A stretch of 64,000 nt of DNA from Deltaproteobacteria bacterium. GTDB taxonomy: Bacteria; Desulfobacterota; Syntrophia; Syntrophales; UBA8958. Positions 16,934 to 26,855 of the stretch are shown one piece after another. How positions within the stretch are numbered: position 1 is the first letter of the stretch; every line of letters starts with the position of its first letter. The notes under the pieces are model-generated. The model saw only the letters and a program-made list of their open reading frames with translations. It was not told the origin of the DNA and searched no databases. Made by a program: the position numbers and the translations under genes. The stretch is taken from NCBI GenBank assembly GCA_029553375.1, contig JAKPCH010000059.1, positions 21,426-85,425 of the forward strand. Direction: 5' to 3'.

Positions 16934-18872
16934 GATCCGCCCCCTGCGGGGCCTGGCCTGGCGCTTTTCCTTCCCCGTCCTCACGGCCGCGGCCTGCATC
17001 TTCCTCTTCGCCTTCGGGTACAGCTACTTCTACATCCGGAGTCTCATCCTGAACGACGCGGGCCGGGATGCCGAGAGCGTCACCATGGCCACGGTGAGCC
17101 GCGTCGAGGTCATCCTCAAGGGCGTGGAGCGGCCCCCCGCCTTCCTCGCCCGCCGCCTCGAGGGAACGAAACCGCCCCTTAGGGAGATCCAGAGGCAGAT
17201 CATCGATCTCCTCCAGACGAACCCCGAGATCTTCGGCTCCGCCGTGGCCTACGAACCTTACGGCTACGACGAAAAATCCCTCTATTTCGCCCCCTACGTC
17301 TGCCGGAGCCCCTACGGGGGCCTCGCGCCCACCTTCCTCGGCGGGGACGACTACCGGTACTTCTACCTCGACTGGTACCAGATACCGCGGGAACTGGGCC
17401 GGCCCGCGTGGAGCGAACCGTACCTCGACGAAGGGGGGGGCAACATCCTCATGGCCACCTACTCCGTCCCCTTCTACACCTGGCGGGAGGGGGAGCGGGC
17501 CTTCCTGGGCGTCGTCACCGCCGACATCTCCCTCCAGTGGCTCACCCAGGCCGTCCGGGACCTCACGCCCTCCCAGGCGGGCTTCTCCTTCCTCGTCTCC
17601 CGAAACGGCGTCTTCGTCGCCCATCCCCGGGAGGAATACGTGATGCGCCAGAGCATCTTCAGCATCGCCGAGGAACACGGCGACGGGGACCTGCGCCGGA
17701 TCGGCCGGGAGATGATCGCCGGGGGGAAGGGTTTCGTGGAGCTGAAGGACTACTTCGCCGGGGAGCGGGCCTGGCTCTACTACGCCCCCCTGCCCTCCCT
17801 GGGCTGGTCCGTGGGCGTCGTCTTCCCGGCCCACAAGCTCTTCGCGGGCGTCCGCAAGCTGGCGGCCGTCACCCTCTTCCTCGGGGGGGCGGGATTCGTG
17901 GCCCTCCTTTTGGTCATCATCAGCGTCACCCGCGGCGTGACGCAACCCCTGGTCTGCCTCGCCGGGAAGGCCCGGGAACTCGCCGGGGGCAACCTGGACA
18001 CGGAGGTCCCCGTCGTCTCCTCCCGGGACGAGGTGGCGGACCTGGCCCGTTCCTTCCGCGACATGAGGGACTCCCTGAAGGTCTACATCCGCGACCTCAC
18101 CCGGACGACGGCGGCGAAGGAGCGGATCGAGAGCGAGCTGAAGATCGCCCGGTCGATCCAGATGAGCTTCCTCCCCCGCCGTTTCCCCCCCTTCCCCGAG
18201 CGGCGGGAGTTCAGGGTCTTCGCCGTCGTCGAACCGGCCCGGGAGGTGGGGGGGGACCTCTACGACTTCTTTCTCCTGGAAGGGGGACGTCTCTTCTTCG
18301 CCGTGGGCGACGTCTCGGGCAAGGGGATGCCGGCGGCCCTCTTCATGGCCGTGACGAAGACCCTCCTCAAGGACGCGGCCTCCCGCTGCGGCACCCCCGA
18401 GGGCGCCCTCGGGAACCTCAACGACCGTCTCTGCGAAGACAACGAGGCGACGATGTTCGTCACCATCGGCTGCGGGGTCCTCGCCTACGAAACGGGAGAA
18501 ATGACCCTGGCCAGCGGGGGCCACAACCCCCCCGTCGTCGTCGCGGGCGGCCGGGCCTCCTTCGTCGACAACCCCCCGGGGATCCTCCTCGGCGTCCAGC
18601 CGGGGGCCGCCTACGGGACCGCGCGCCTCCGCCTGAGGCCCGGCGACCTCGTCATCCTCTACAGCGACGGCGTCACGGAGGCCATGAACGAACAGGGTGA
18701 GATGTTCTCCGAGGAGAGGCTCCTGGCGACGGTGGCCGCCCGCGCCGGGGGGACCCCCGAGGAGGTGGCGGGCGCCGTCCTGGCCGCCGTCAGGGGATTC
18801 GCCGGGGGGGCGCCCCAGTCGGACGACATCACGATCCTGGTCCTGCGCTACGACGGCCCGGGGGGGCCTTGA
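16908..18872 (+). CDS. dCache-HAMP-SpoIIE (PP2C, RsbU-like) membrane phosphatase
   Basis: TM-Cache (DWYQ..WSEPYLD, VVTADISL)-TM-HAMP; EVGGDLYD, GDVSGKG, SDGVTEA, QSDDIT. Confidence 0.9.
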   Translation: MSPSFRGLEIRPLRGLAWRFSFPVLTAAACIFLFAFGYSYFYIRSLILNDAGRDAESVTMATVSRVEVILKGVERPPAFLARRLEGTKPPLREIQRQIIDLLQTNPEIFGSAVAYEPYGYDEKSLYFAPYVCRSPYGGLAPTFLGGDDYRYFYLDWYQIPRELGRPAWSEPYLDEGGGNILMATYSVPFYTWREGERAFLGVVTADISLQWLTQAVRDLTPSQAGFSFLVSRNGVFVAHPREEYVMRQSIFSIAEEHGDGDLRRIGREMIAGGKGFVELKDYFAGERAWLYYAPLPSLGWSVGVVFPAHKLFAGVRKLAAVTLFLGGAGFVALLLVIISVTRGVTQPLVCLAGKARELAGGNLDTEVPVVSSRDEVADLARSFRDMRDSLKVYIRDLTRTTAAKERIESELKIARSIQMSFLPRRFPPFPERREFRVFAVVEPAREVGGDLYDFFLLEGGRLFFAVGDVSGKGMPAALFMAVTKTLLKDAASRCGTPEGALGNLNDRLCEDNEATMFVTIGCGVLAYETGEMTLASGGHNPPVVVAGGRASFVDNPPGILLGVQPGAAYGTARLRLRPGDLVILYSDGVTEAMNEQGEMFSEERLLATVAARAGGTPEEVAGAVLAAVRGFAGGAPQSDDITILVLRYDGPGGP

Positions 18873-19275
18873 CGACGAGGGTGAGGATGTTCCGCCCCCC
18901 CTCGCGGCGATAGGCGACGACGTCCATGAGGCGCTTGATGAGGTAGATGCCGAGGCCCCCGGGCTGCCGCTCGTCGAGGCCCGCCCGGACGTCGGGATCC
19001 TCCCGGGCGAGGACGTCGAAGGGGATCCCCTCGTCCTCGATCTCGATGACCAGGTCGCCCTCGGCCGTCTCCCGGCAGGTGACGGTCACCTCGCCGGGAC
19101 CCTCGGGGTAGGCGTAGGAGGCGATGTTGACGAGGGCCTCCTCCACGCAGAGCCCCACCTCCCCGACCCGGCGCGGTTCATGCCCCCCCTCCTCCAGGCA
19201 GGAGGCGACGAAGGCCGAGAGGTCCCCCAGGGAGGACAAACTGGCCGGCGCCCTGAGGCGCCTGTCCCTCTCCAT
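18829..19275 (-). CDS. RsbW-like anti-sigma factor Ser kinase
   Basis: EEALVNIASYAY, IEDEGIPFD, GGLGIYLIKRLMD. Confidence 0.88.
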   Translation of the reverse strand: MERDRRLRAPASLSSLGDLSAFVASCLEEGGHEPRRVGEVGLCVEEALVNIASYAYPEGPGEVTVTCRETAEGDLVIEIEDEGIPFDVLAREDPDVRAGLDERQPGGLGIYLIKRLMDVVAYRREGGRNILTLVVKAPPGRRSAGPGS

Positions 19276-19287
19276 GCCGAAAGCCCC

Positions 19288-19620
19288 TCAGAGGTTCTTC
19301 AGGGCCTCTTCCACGGTATCGTAGGCGCCGAAGATGGTCTCGAAACCCGAGATCTTGAAGACGTTCTTCGGTCCCCCCGTCAGGCCGGCGAAGACGACCC
19401 GGCCCTCCCGGGCCTTGAGGGCCTTGGCGAGGGCCAGGATGCTCCTCAGACCGGCGCTGCTGATGTACTCGAGGCCCCCCGTCTCCAGGATGAGGGTCTT
19501 TTCCCCCGCCGCCACGATCTCCGCCGCGGCCTGATCGAAATCGGGCGCCGTGACGGCGTCGATCCGCCCCCGCACCGAGGCGATCAGGACGCCCCCCTCC
19601 TTCCTTTTCTCTATCTCCAT
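19288..19620 (-). CDS. STAS-domain anti-anti-sigma factor (RsbV-like)
   Basis: GRIDA, LEYISSAGLR phosphoacceptor motif, VFKISGF. Confidence 0.9.
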   Translation of the reverse strand: MEIEKRKEGGVLIASVRGRIDAVTAPDFDQAAAEIVAAGEKTLILETGGLEYISSAGLRSILALAKALKAREGRVVFAGLTGGPKNVFKISGFETIFGAYDTVEEALKNL

Positions 19621-19854
19621 ACCCTTACCTCCACGGTCCCCTCCCCCCGCCGGGGGCGACACATCCTCAAGAGAGTTCCCTTACCCTGTCACAATTCCCC
19701 TTGCCTTGTCAAAACGAACTTGGCCCACCGGCCGAGGGACAGGCCTTTCCTTTCGCCGCCGGCGGTGTTAGGGTGAGTTATGTATCATAGGCGCCGCCGG
19801 GGGAGGTCGGGCACGAGGACCTGCTTCCCCCGAGGGGCCGGGCGGGGAGAGGAC

Positions 19855-20631
19855 ATGAACGATCCGGGCGGCCGGGCGAGGGAGGGGGTGGTGACGAGGG
19901 AGATCGTCGCGAAGTCCGTCCTTTCCCCCTCGCGGGTCTACGACTACGTCGTCAACCCCTACCGGGGCTGCCAATTCGCCTGCGCCTACTGCTACGCCCG
20001 TTTCATGAGGCGCTTCACGGGCCACCGCGAGGCCTGGGGGGCCTTCGTGGACGTCAAGGTCAACGCCGCCCAACTCCTGAGGGGGGAACTGGCCAGGAAG
20101 AGGAGGGGCGAGGTCTGGGTGAGCGGTGTCTGCGACCCCTACCAGCCCCTCGAGGAGACCTACGGCGTCACCCGGGCCTGCCTCGAGGCCCTCCTGGGGC
20201 AAGGCTGGCCCGTGCGGGTCCAGACGAAGTCCGACCTGGTCCTGAGGGATCTGGATCTCCTCCGGGGGGGCGCCGACGTCGAGGTCGGCCTCTCCCTCTC
20301 CACGGCCGACGAGACGATCCGGCGGATCTTCGAGCCCCGGGCCCCGGCGACGGCCGTGAGGATCGAGGCCCTCGGGCGGCTACGGGCCGGGGGCGTGGGG
20401 ACCTACGCCATGATCGCCCCCCTCCTCCCGGGGGCGGAGGGCCTGGTCCCCCTCCTGGCGGGCAAGGTGGATTACATCTACGTGGACCGGATGAACTACC
20501 ACTACGCCCGCCCCCTCTACGGCCGCCACGGCCTCGAGGGATTCCTGAACGACGCCTACTTCCGGGAGCTGAAGGCCCTCCTGACCCGCCAGGCCCGCGA
20601 GGCGGCCATCCCCTGCCGCGTCCTGTTCTGA
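19855..20631 (+). CDS. Radical SAM protein, spore-photoproduct-lyase-like (COG1533)
   Basis: NPYRGCQFACAYCYA, DPYQPLE, TKSDLVLRDLD; start uncertain (19855 or 19888). Confidence 0.85.
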   Translation: MNDPGGRAREGVVTREIVAKSVLSPSRVYDYVVNPYRGCQFACAYCYARFMRRFTGHREAWGAFVDVKVNAAQLLRGELARKRRGEVWVSGVCDPYQPLEETYGVTRACLEALLGQGWPVRVQTKSDLVLRDLDLLRGGADVEVGLSLSTADETIRRIFEPRAPATAVRIEALGRLRAGGVGTYAMIAPLLPGAEGLVPLLAGKVDYIYVDRMNYHYARPLYGRHGLEGFLNDAYFRELKALLTRQAREAAIPCRVLF

Positions 20632-20959
20632 CCGACAGGCGCCGGGGAGAAACGGATCAGACTATAGGTCAATACTGATATTTATTGACGATTTCCTTCG
20701 GTAATTTGATTAGGGCGAAATATCTCATAATCACTTTTAATTACCGTTGGTTACAGAATTTGCCAATGATTACCGCACTGTCCATATTCACCCAATGATT
20801 TCAATAATTTAACTTTGATTAGTGACTAATTTTCCGCCGCCGATCGGCGGGCCTGATGGGCAAAATATCGGAAAATAATAGCAGTTTTATTGTGGATTGT
20901 GATGGTCCTGCCCGTCCCCGTCGGCGGCCGCAAGGACGGGGCGTAACGGGGGAGGAGCG

Positions 20960-22231
20960 ATGAAGGCAAGGCGGGGCGAGATCTGGGCCTGGGCCCTCTA
21001 CGACTGGGGGAACTCGGCCTTCGCCACGACGGTCATGGCGGGTTTCTTCCCCCTCTTCTTCAAGACCTACTGGGCCGGCGGGGCCGCCGCCCACGAGAGC
21101 ACCCTCTACCTCGGCGCCGCCAATTCCCTGGCCGCCGTCCTCGTCGCCGCCGGCGCCCCCTTCCTCGGGGCCGCGGCCGACGGGGGAAGGATGAAGAAGA
21201 GGTTCCTCCTCCTCTTCGCGGCCCTCGGCGTCGCCGCCACGGCCGCTTTGGCCCTCGTCGGGGCGGGTCTGTGGCCCCTCGCCGCCGCCCTCTTCATTTT
21301 AGCCTCCCTCGGTTTTGCGGGGGGCAACATCTTCTACGACTCCCTCCTCCCCGGCCTCGCCTCCGGCCGGGAGGCCGATTACGCCTCCTCCCTCGGTTTC
21401 GCCCTCGGCTACCTCGGCGGCGGGGTCCTCTTCGCCGTCAACGTCCTGATGTACCTCCACCCCGGCCTTTTCGGCCTCCCCGACGAGACGGCGGCCGTCA
21501 GGGCCTCCTTCCTCACCGTGGCCCTCTGGTGGGGCCTCTTCTCCCTCCCCCTCTTCCTCCGGGTGAGGGAAAGGGGCGTCGGGGCGGCCCCCGGCCTCGG
21601 TGCGGCTTTTCCTCAGGGGTGGGCCCGCCTGCGGAGGACCTGCAGGGAGATCAAGAACCTGCGCGTCGTGGGCCTCTTTCTGGCCGCCTACTGGTTCTAC
21701 ATGGACGGGGTGGACACGGTGATCCGCATGGCCGTGGACTACGGGATGGCCGTCGGCCTGCCCCCGGGGGACCTCATCGCCGCCCTGTTGCTGGTCCAGT
21801 TCGTCGCCTTCCCCTGCACCCTCGCCTTCAACGGCCTGGCGGGGAAGACGGGACCCAAGGCCGCCCTCCTGGGGGCCGTCGCCGCCTACGGCCTCATCAC
21901 CGTCGGCGGGGCCGCCATGACCCGCCCGTGGCACTTCTGGGCCCTGGCGTGCGCCATCGGGGCCTTCCAGGGGGGCATCCAGGCCATCAGCCGGAGCCTC
22001 TACGCCCGCCTCATACCCCCCGCCCGGGCAGGCGAGTTCTTCGGTTTCTACAACATGACGGGGAAGTTCGCCGCCGTCGTCGGCCCGGGGATGGTAGGGG
22101 CGGCGACGTACGTCACGGCGGACAACCGCCTCGGCATCCTCACCCTCCTCCTCCTCTTCGGGGCCGCCTTCGTCCTCCTCAGGGGGGTGGACGTCGCTGA
22201 GGGGGAGCGCCTGGCGAGGGAGGTCCTCTGA
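20960..22231 (+). CDS. MFS transporter, UMF1/ATG22 family
   Basis: WAWALYDWGNSAF, GNIFYDSLL, QAISRSLY..EFFGFY. Confidence 0.85.
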   Translation: MKARRGEIWAWALYDWGNSAFATTVMAGFFPLFFKTYWAGGAAAHESTLYLGAANSLAAVLVAAGAPFLGAAADGGRMKKRFLLLFAALGVAATAALALVGAGLWPLAAALFILASLGFAGGNIFYDSLLPGLASGREADYASSLGFALGYLGGGVLFAVNVLMYLHPGLFGLPDETAAVRASFLTVALWWGLFSLPLFLRVRERGVGAAPGLGAAFPQGWARLRRTCREIKNLRVVGLFLAAYWFYMDGVDTVIRMAVDYGMAVGLPPGDLIAALLLVQFVAFPCTLAFNGLAGKTGPKAALLGAVAAYGLITVGGAAMTRPWHFWALACAIGAFQGGIQAISRSLYARLIPPARAGEFFGFYNMTGKFAAVVGPGMVGAATYVTADNRLGILTLLLLFGAAFVLLRGVDVAEGERLAREVL

Positions 22232-22239
22232 GGCCGCGT

Positions 22240-22779
22240 TCAATCCACGAGGAGGAGACAGAAGAGGTTCTGGGTCTGGGTCTTCTCCCGCAGGGGGTCG
22301 ATGGGGAAGCCGTTGTTGCGCGCCGTCTGGTAAACGTCGATGCCGCAGGCCTCCATGGAGGGCCGCGTGCGGGCGGGGAAACGGCAGGGGATCCCCTCCG
22401 TGAGGCCGCAGTCCTTGCAGAGGACGCAGGGGCCCGCCAGCATGACGAAGGCCTTGTAGTAGCCGTCCTTGAAGGCCTCACCCTCGAGACGGACGAGGGA
22501 CTCGAGGTAGGCCGTCATGTTCTTCCCCCGCTCCTTCGAGTAGGGGGCGGCGACGTGGAAGAGGATGGCCCGCCGGTAGGAATCGAGGCAGGCCCGGGTC
22601 TGCTCCGGCGTGGGGGTATGGGGGGGGCAGCTGTAACGGTGACGGTACTGGCACCCGAAGAGACACTTGAAACGGACCCAGGGTGCCGTCACCACCGTGC
22701 GGGGGTCGATGACCTTCGCGGCGGTGGCGCCGAAGCCCTCGGCGGCCCGGCAGTAACGCTCGAGATCCTTCGTCTCCAT
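22240..22779 (-). CDS. DUF2284 Cys-rich metal-binding protein
   Basis: KCLFGC...CPP, GPCVLCKDC...CRFP..RPSMEACGIDV. Confidence 0.85.
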   Translation of the reverse strand: METKDLERYCRAAEGFGATAAKVIDPRTVVTAPWVRFKCLFGCQYRHRYSCPPHTPTPEQTRACLDSYRRAILFHVAAPYSKERGKNMTAYLESLVRLEGEAFKDGYYKAFVMLAGPCVLCKDCGLTEGIPCRFPARTRPSMEACGIDVYQTARNNGFPIDPLREKTQTQNLFCLLLVD

Positions 22780-22825
22780 GGTTAAACCTCCCTCGGTTTT
22801 TTCCTTTGACGTAGCAGAAAAGACC

Positions 22826-24205
22826 CTAAGGGGCCCGAACCACCCCCATGGCCCGCTCCAGGCGGGCGCGGCCGATGAGGTAGTCCCCCAGGGCGGCCCA
22901 GTGGTCGCTCTTGGCCTTCGTCAGCAGGGTCAGGGCGTCGAGGACCTCCGTCGAGGAGGTGAGCTGTTCCGCGTACCGCTCCCGGCTGACGCGGAAGTTC
23001 TCCTCCCCCTGCTCGACGGCCCGGCGGGTGATCTCCACCTGCCGCTCGGCCTCCCGGAGCATCAGGTAGGCCGCCTTGACCTCCAGGGCCACCCGGTCCC
23101 GCTCCTGGTCGAGGAGGTGGGACGCCTGGCGTTGCCGTGCCTTCTCGGCGTCGAGGCGGTACTTCGTCCGCCCCCACTCCCAGAAGTTCCAGTCCGCCCG
23201 GGCCATGAGGGACCAGTTCTCCATGCTCCGATACGTGCTGCCGGCGAGGGCCGCCGTGTCCCCGAAGCGCTCGTAGCGCCCCAGGGCGCTGAGGGTGGGG
23301 AAGAGCTCCCCCCGGGCGGCCTCGACGAGGTGTCCCGCCGCCTCGGCCTTCAGGGCCGCCGCCCTGACCTCGGGCCTGTTCTCCCGGGCCGTCTTCAGGC
23401 ACTCCTCGAGGCCCCCCGCGAAGGGGCTATAGACGAGGATGTCCTCCAGGGCCACGGCCTCGGAGACGCCGCGGCCCATGAGGACGTTGAGGCGACTGCG
23501 GGCGAGCTCCAGGGCGTTTTCCGCCCTCAGGAGGTCCTGGCGCCCGTTGGCGAGGCGGACCTCCGACAGGAGGAGGTCGTTGCGGGGGATGAGGCCCACG
23601 GAGAAGAAGTGGTGGGCGTCCCGGGAGTGGGCCTCGAGGAGTTCCACGGACTTCCGGGCCACCTCGAGGAGGCGCTCGGCCTTGAGGCAGTTCAGATAGG
23701 CCGTCTTCACCTCCTCGACGAGGGCCTGGCGGGCCGCCTCGTCCTCGGCCCGGGCCAGGGCCTCCCCCTTCTGCCCCGCCCGGTACTGGGCGACGATGGC
23801 CCCGCCGGCGAAGAGGGGCTGGCGGAACTCGAGGTTCCAGGTGTAGTTGTCCTTCGTCCCGATGACCTGGGGTCCCGGGGGAATCACCACGGGGGTGCCG
23901 AAGAGGTTCAGGTTGTAGCCCGGGGAATAGACCCAGGGGTCGTCGTTGAGGCGGAGATAGGCCCAGGAGGTGCTCAGGCGGGGGAGAAAGGCCGTGAAGG
24001 CCTCCTTCTTGCGGGCCTCGGCCCCGGCGACACCCTCCCCGGCCGCCCGGACGAGGCCGTTGTGCCGGAGGGCCGTCTCCACGGCCTGGGGCAGGGTCAG
24101 GGCCCCCGGGGGACCCTCGGCGCCGCGGCCCTCGACGGCCGTCGTCGCCGCCATGATCACAGCTATTACGATTGATATCAGATACTTTGCTAATAAATTA
24201 CCCAT
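22826..24205 (-). CDS. TolC-family outer membrane efflux protein
   Basis: Signal peptide, LTLPQAVETAL, FLPRLS, QPLFAGG repeats; start MGNLL at 24205. Confidence 0.88.
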   Translation of the reverse strand: MGNLLAKYLISIVIAVIMAATTAVEGRGAEGPPGALTLPQAVETALRHNGLVRAAGEGVAGAEARKKEAFTAFLPRLSTSWAYLRLNDDPWVYSPGYNLNLFGTPVVIPPGPQVIGTKDNYTWNLEFRQPLFAGGAIVAQYRAGQKGEALARAEDEAARQALVEEVKTAYLNCLKAERLLEVARKSVELLEAHSRDAHHFFSVGLIPRNDLLLSEVRLANGRQDLLRAENALELARSRLNVLMGRGVSEAVALEDILVYSPFAGGLEECLKTARENRPEVRAAALKAEAAGHLVEAARGELFPTLSALGRYERFGDTAALAGSTYRSMENWSLMARADWNFWEWGRTKYRLDAEKARQRQASHLLDQERDRVALEVKAAYLMLREAERQVEITRRAVEQGEENFRVSRERYAEQLTSSTEVLDALTLLTKAKSDHWAALGDYLIGRARLERAMGVVRAP

Positions 24206-24219
24206 ATTATTACACCTCG

Positions 24220-25755
24220 TCAGTGGACAACCGCAGGCCCCGCCTTGCGGTCTCCCTTCGTCTTCACGAGGAGGACAAACAAAAGGGCGGCGAGAGGGAA
24301 GAGGGCCAGGTACTGGTATGCCGCCTCGAAGGCGTAGCTGGCCCCCCGGAGGGAGAGGTAACCCTGCAGGACGGCGGCGGCCCGGGTGTACCGGTCGGGG
24401 TCGAAAAGGGTCTCCCCCGTGACCCCCGCTCCCGAGAGGCGCCCCAGTAAATCCGCCACGGCCCCCTTGGCCCACGTCAGGTTCGACCCCAGGGCCTCGG
24501 TGAAGGTGTCGCGCTTCACCGACAGGAGGGACGTGGCGTAGGAGGTGCCGATGGAACCGGCGATGAGGCGGGCGATGTTTACCAGCGTCGAGCCGTTGGA
24601 CACGTCCTCCTCCGCGAGGGTCCCCAGGGACAGGAGGGTGACGGGGGCGAAGGTGGCGCCCACGAAAAAACCCCAGAAGATGTAGTCGCCGTAGAGGATC
24701 CCCCGGGGGGTGTCCATGTCCGTGTGGAAGTACCAGGAGGCCGCCGCCGCGCCGATGAGGCTCACGGCCGCCACGGCCTTGGGGTTGACCCGGTCGGAGG
24801 CGAATCCCGACAGCAGGGTCGCGACCCCGGCGAAGAGGGCCCCGGGGAGGAGGATCAGGCCGGCATCGAGGGTGGTGTAACCGTGGACCCGCTGGAGATA
24901 GATGGGCAGGAGGAAGAAGAACCCATAGGCCGTGACGGAGAAGAGCATCATGGACCAGACACCCAGGCGGAAGGGCTGGTGGGCGATGATCCGCCGGGGG
25001 TAGAGGGGGTTCTTACCGAAGGTGACCCACAGCGCCGCCGCCACCCCCGTCACCACGAAGACGATGATGAGATTGACGATGTAGTCGGAGTGGAGCCAGC
25101 CGTACTCCTGGCCCTTGCCGAGGAAGACGATGAGGGCCGAGAGGGACACGGAGACCAGGATGAAGCCGACGAAATCGAAGGGCGGGAGTTTCTCCCTCTT
25201 CACGTTCCCCATGAGATGCCAGATGAGGACGACGTCGACGATGCCGATGGGGACGTTGATGTAAAAGACCCAGCGCCAGTTGAGGTACTCCGTGAGGAGC
25301 CCCCCCAGGGTCGGCCCGAGGGCGGGGGCGAAGGAGGCGGAGATGCCGTAGACCCCCATGGCCAGACCCCGCTCCTCGGGGGGGAAGGCCTCGTAGAGGA
25401 TGAGGAGGCTGACGGGCATCATGGTCCCCTCGGCGAGCCCCTGGATGAAGCGGACGGTGATCATCATCTCCAGCGATTCGGCCATCCCGGCCAGGGCCGA
25501 CATGGCGACGAAGAGACTGATCCCGAAGATGTAGGTGTCACGGTGACCCACGGCCTCGGCGACCCAGCCGACGGCCGTCATGGCGATGGCGGCCCCGAGG
25601 AAGTAGGTGATGACCACCCACTGGACACCGTAGATATCCGTCTCCAGGGCGGACATCATCTTGGGAAGGACGATGTCCACGATGGTCGTGTCCAAGAGGG
25701 CGATGAAGACCCCGATGGAGACCAGGATGGCCGTGGTCCGCTTACCGGCCATCAT
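24220..25755 (-). CDS. DHA2 (EmrB-like) MFS efflux permease
   Basis: LDTTIVDIVLP, GPTLGG, WRWVFYINVPIG. Confidence 0.9.
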   Translation of the reverse strand: MMAGKRTTAILVSIGVFIALLDTTIVDIVLPKMMSALETDIYGVQWVVITYFLGAAIAMTAVGWVAEAVGHRDTYIFGISLFVAMSALAGMAESLEMMITVRFIQGLAEGTMMPVSLLILYEAFPPEERGLAMGVYGISASFAPALGPTLGGLLTEYLNWRWVFYINVPIGIVDVVLIWHLMGNVKREKLPPFDFVGFILVSVSLSALIVFLGKGQEYGWLHSDYIVNLIIVFVVTGVAAALWVTFGKNPLYPRRIIAHQPFRLGVWSMMLFSVTAYGFFFLLPIYLQRVHGYTTLDAGLILLPGALFAGVATLLSGFASDRVNPKAVAAVSLIGAAAASWYFHTDMDTPRGILYGDYIFWGFFVGATFAPVTLLSLGTLAEEDVSNGSTLVNIARLIAGSIGTSYATSLLSVKRDTFTEALGSNLTWAKGAVADLLGRLSGAGVTGETLFDPDRYTRAAAVLQGYLSLRGASYAFEAAYQYLALFPLAALLFVLLVKTKGDRKAGPAVVH

Positions 25756-26855
25756 CGCCTGATGGAGACCTCGCAGGAGAGGCCCGGCAGGAGGTCGGGG
25801 CGGTTCTTGAGGTCGTCGACGGCGATGCGGACGGGGACGCGCTGGACGACCTTGGTGAACTCACCGGCGGAGATGTCCCGGGGGATGAGGGCGAACTCGG
25901 CGGCGGCGGCGGGGGTCAGATCCACCACCGTACCCGTCAAGGGCCGGTTGGGGAGGTTGTCCACCTTGATGTCGGCCTTCTTGCCCGGCGTGATGTAGCG
26001 GATCTTCGTCTCCTCGAAACGGGCCTCGACATACCGCGTCTCGGGGTTATAGAGGTAGACGACGGGCCTCCCCGGCACGGCGTAGTCCCCCTCGCGGACG
26101 AGGACCCGGGCCACGACCCCCGCGAAGGGGGCCTTGACCTCGCACCGCGCCCGGTTCAGGGAGGCGATACCGTAGGCCTCCCGGGCCTTGGTGACCCCGT
26201 CCTCCACCTGCCTCAGGGCCGCGGCGGCCTTGGCGATGACGGCCCTCGAGGCCTCCGCCTCCCGCAGGCGGGCCTCGGCGAGGGCGACCTGGGCGCGGGC
26301 GGCGGCGTGATCCGCCTCGGCGGCCCTGAAGGCCGTCTCCACCTCGTCGAGGCGGGCCTTGCCGATCGTCTTCTTCTCGTAGAGGTTCTGGAAGCGCTCG
26401 TTTTGACGGCGCCATTGTTCAAGGTTCGCCAGGGCCTTGGCCTCCTGCCTCAGGGCCACCTCCCGGGCCGCCCTCGCCGCCTCCACCGCCGCGGGCACGG
26501 TCTGCCTGGCCTGATCGAGGTCGGCCTTCTGGCGTTCCCTTGTCGCCTCCAGGGAGGCGAGGTCGGCCCGGGCGACGTTCACCTGTCGCTCGAGCTGTTC
26601 CGGGTCGATGCGGAAGAGGACCTGGCCCTCCCGGACCGTCTCCCCCTCCCGCACCTCGATCTTCAGGACCCGCCCGGGGACCTCGGGGGCGATGTTGGCC
26701 ATGTCGGCCTTCACGTAGGCGGCGTCCGTCGTGACGTGGTTGAGACGCCAGTAGAGCCACCTCCCCGACCAGACGAGGGCGGCGGCCCCCACGACGACGA
26801 GGACGATGGCGACGACCCTCCGCCCCCTTTCCTTGGCACGAAAAAACTCAATCAT
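25752..26855 (-). CDS. HlyD/EmrA membrane fusion protein
   Basis: TTDAAYV, FALIP..GEFTKVVQRVPVRI, LPGLSCEV. Confidence 0.9.
   Translation of the reverse strand: MIEFFRAKERGRRVVAIVLVVVGAAALVWSGRWLYWRLNHVTTDAAYVKADMANIAPEVPGRVLKIEVREGETVREGQVLFRIDPEQLERQVNVARADLASLEATRERQKADLDQARQTVPAAVEAARAAREVALRQEAKALANLEQWRRQNERFQNLYEKKTIGKARLDEVETAFRAAEADHAAARAQVALAEARLREAEASRAVIAKAAAALRQVEDGVTKAREAYGIASLNRARCEVKAPFAGVVARVLVREGDYAVPGRPVVYLYNPETRYVEARFEETKIRYITPGKKADIKVDNLPNRPLTGTVVDLTPAAAAEFALIPRDISAGEFTKVVQRVPVRIAVDDLKNRPDLLPGLSCEVSIRR

Noticed and set aside
19700-19855. SOS/LexA box upstream of the SPL-like radical SAM gene
   Set aside because: No recognisable LexA palindrome seen
20720-20747. dif/Xer-like 11-6-11 arrangement (minus strand ACGGTAATTAA-AAGTGA-TTATGAGATAT)
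   Set aside because: The XerD-like arm matches 8 of 11 but the XerC arm is poor; expected by chance in AT-rich DNA
20660-20900. Possible oriC in the AT-rich island
   Set aside because: Only one degenerate DnaA-box-like TGTGGATTG, no box cluster and no dnaA-region genes
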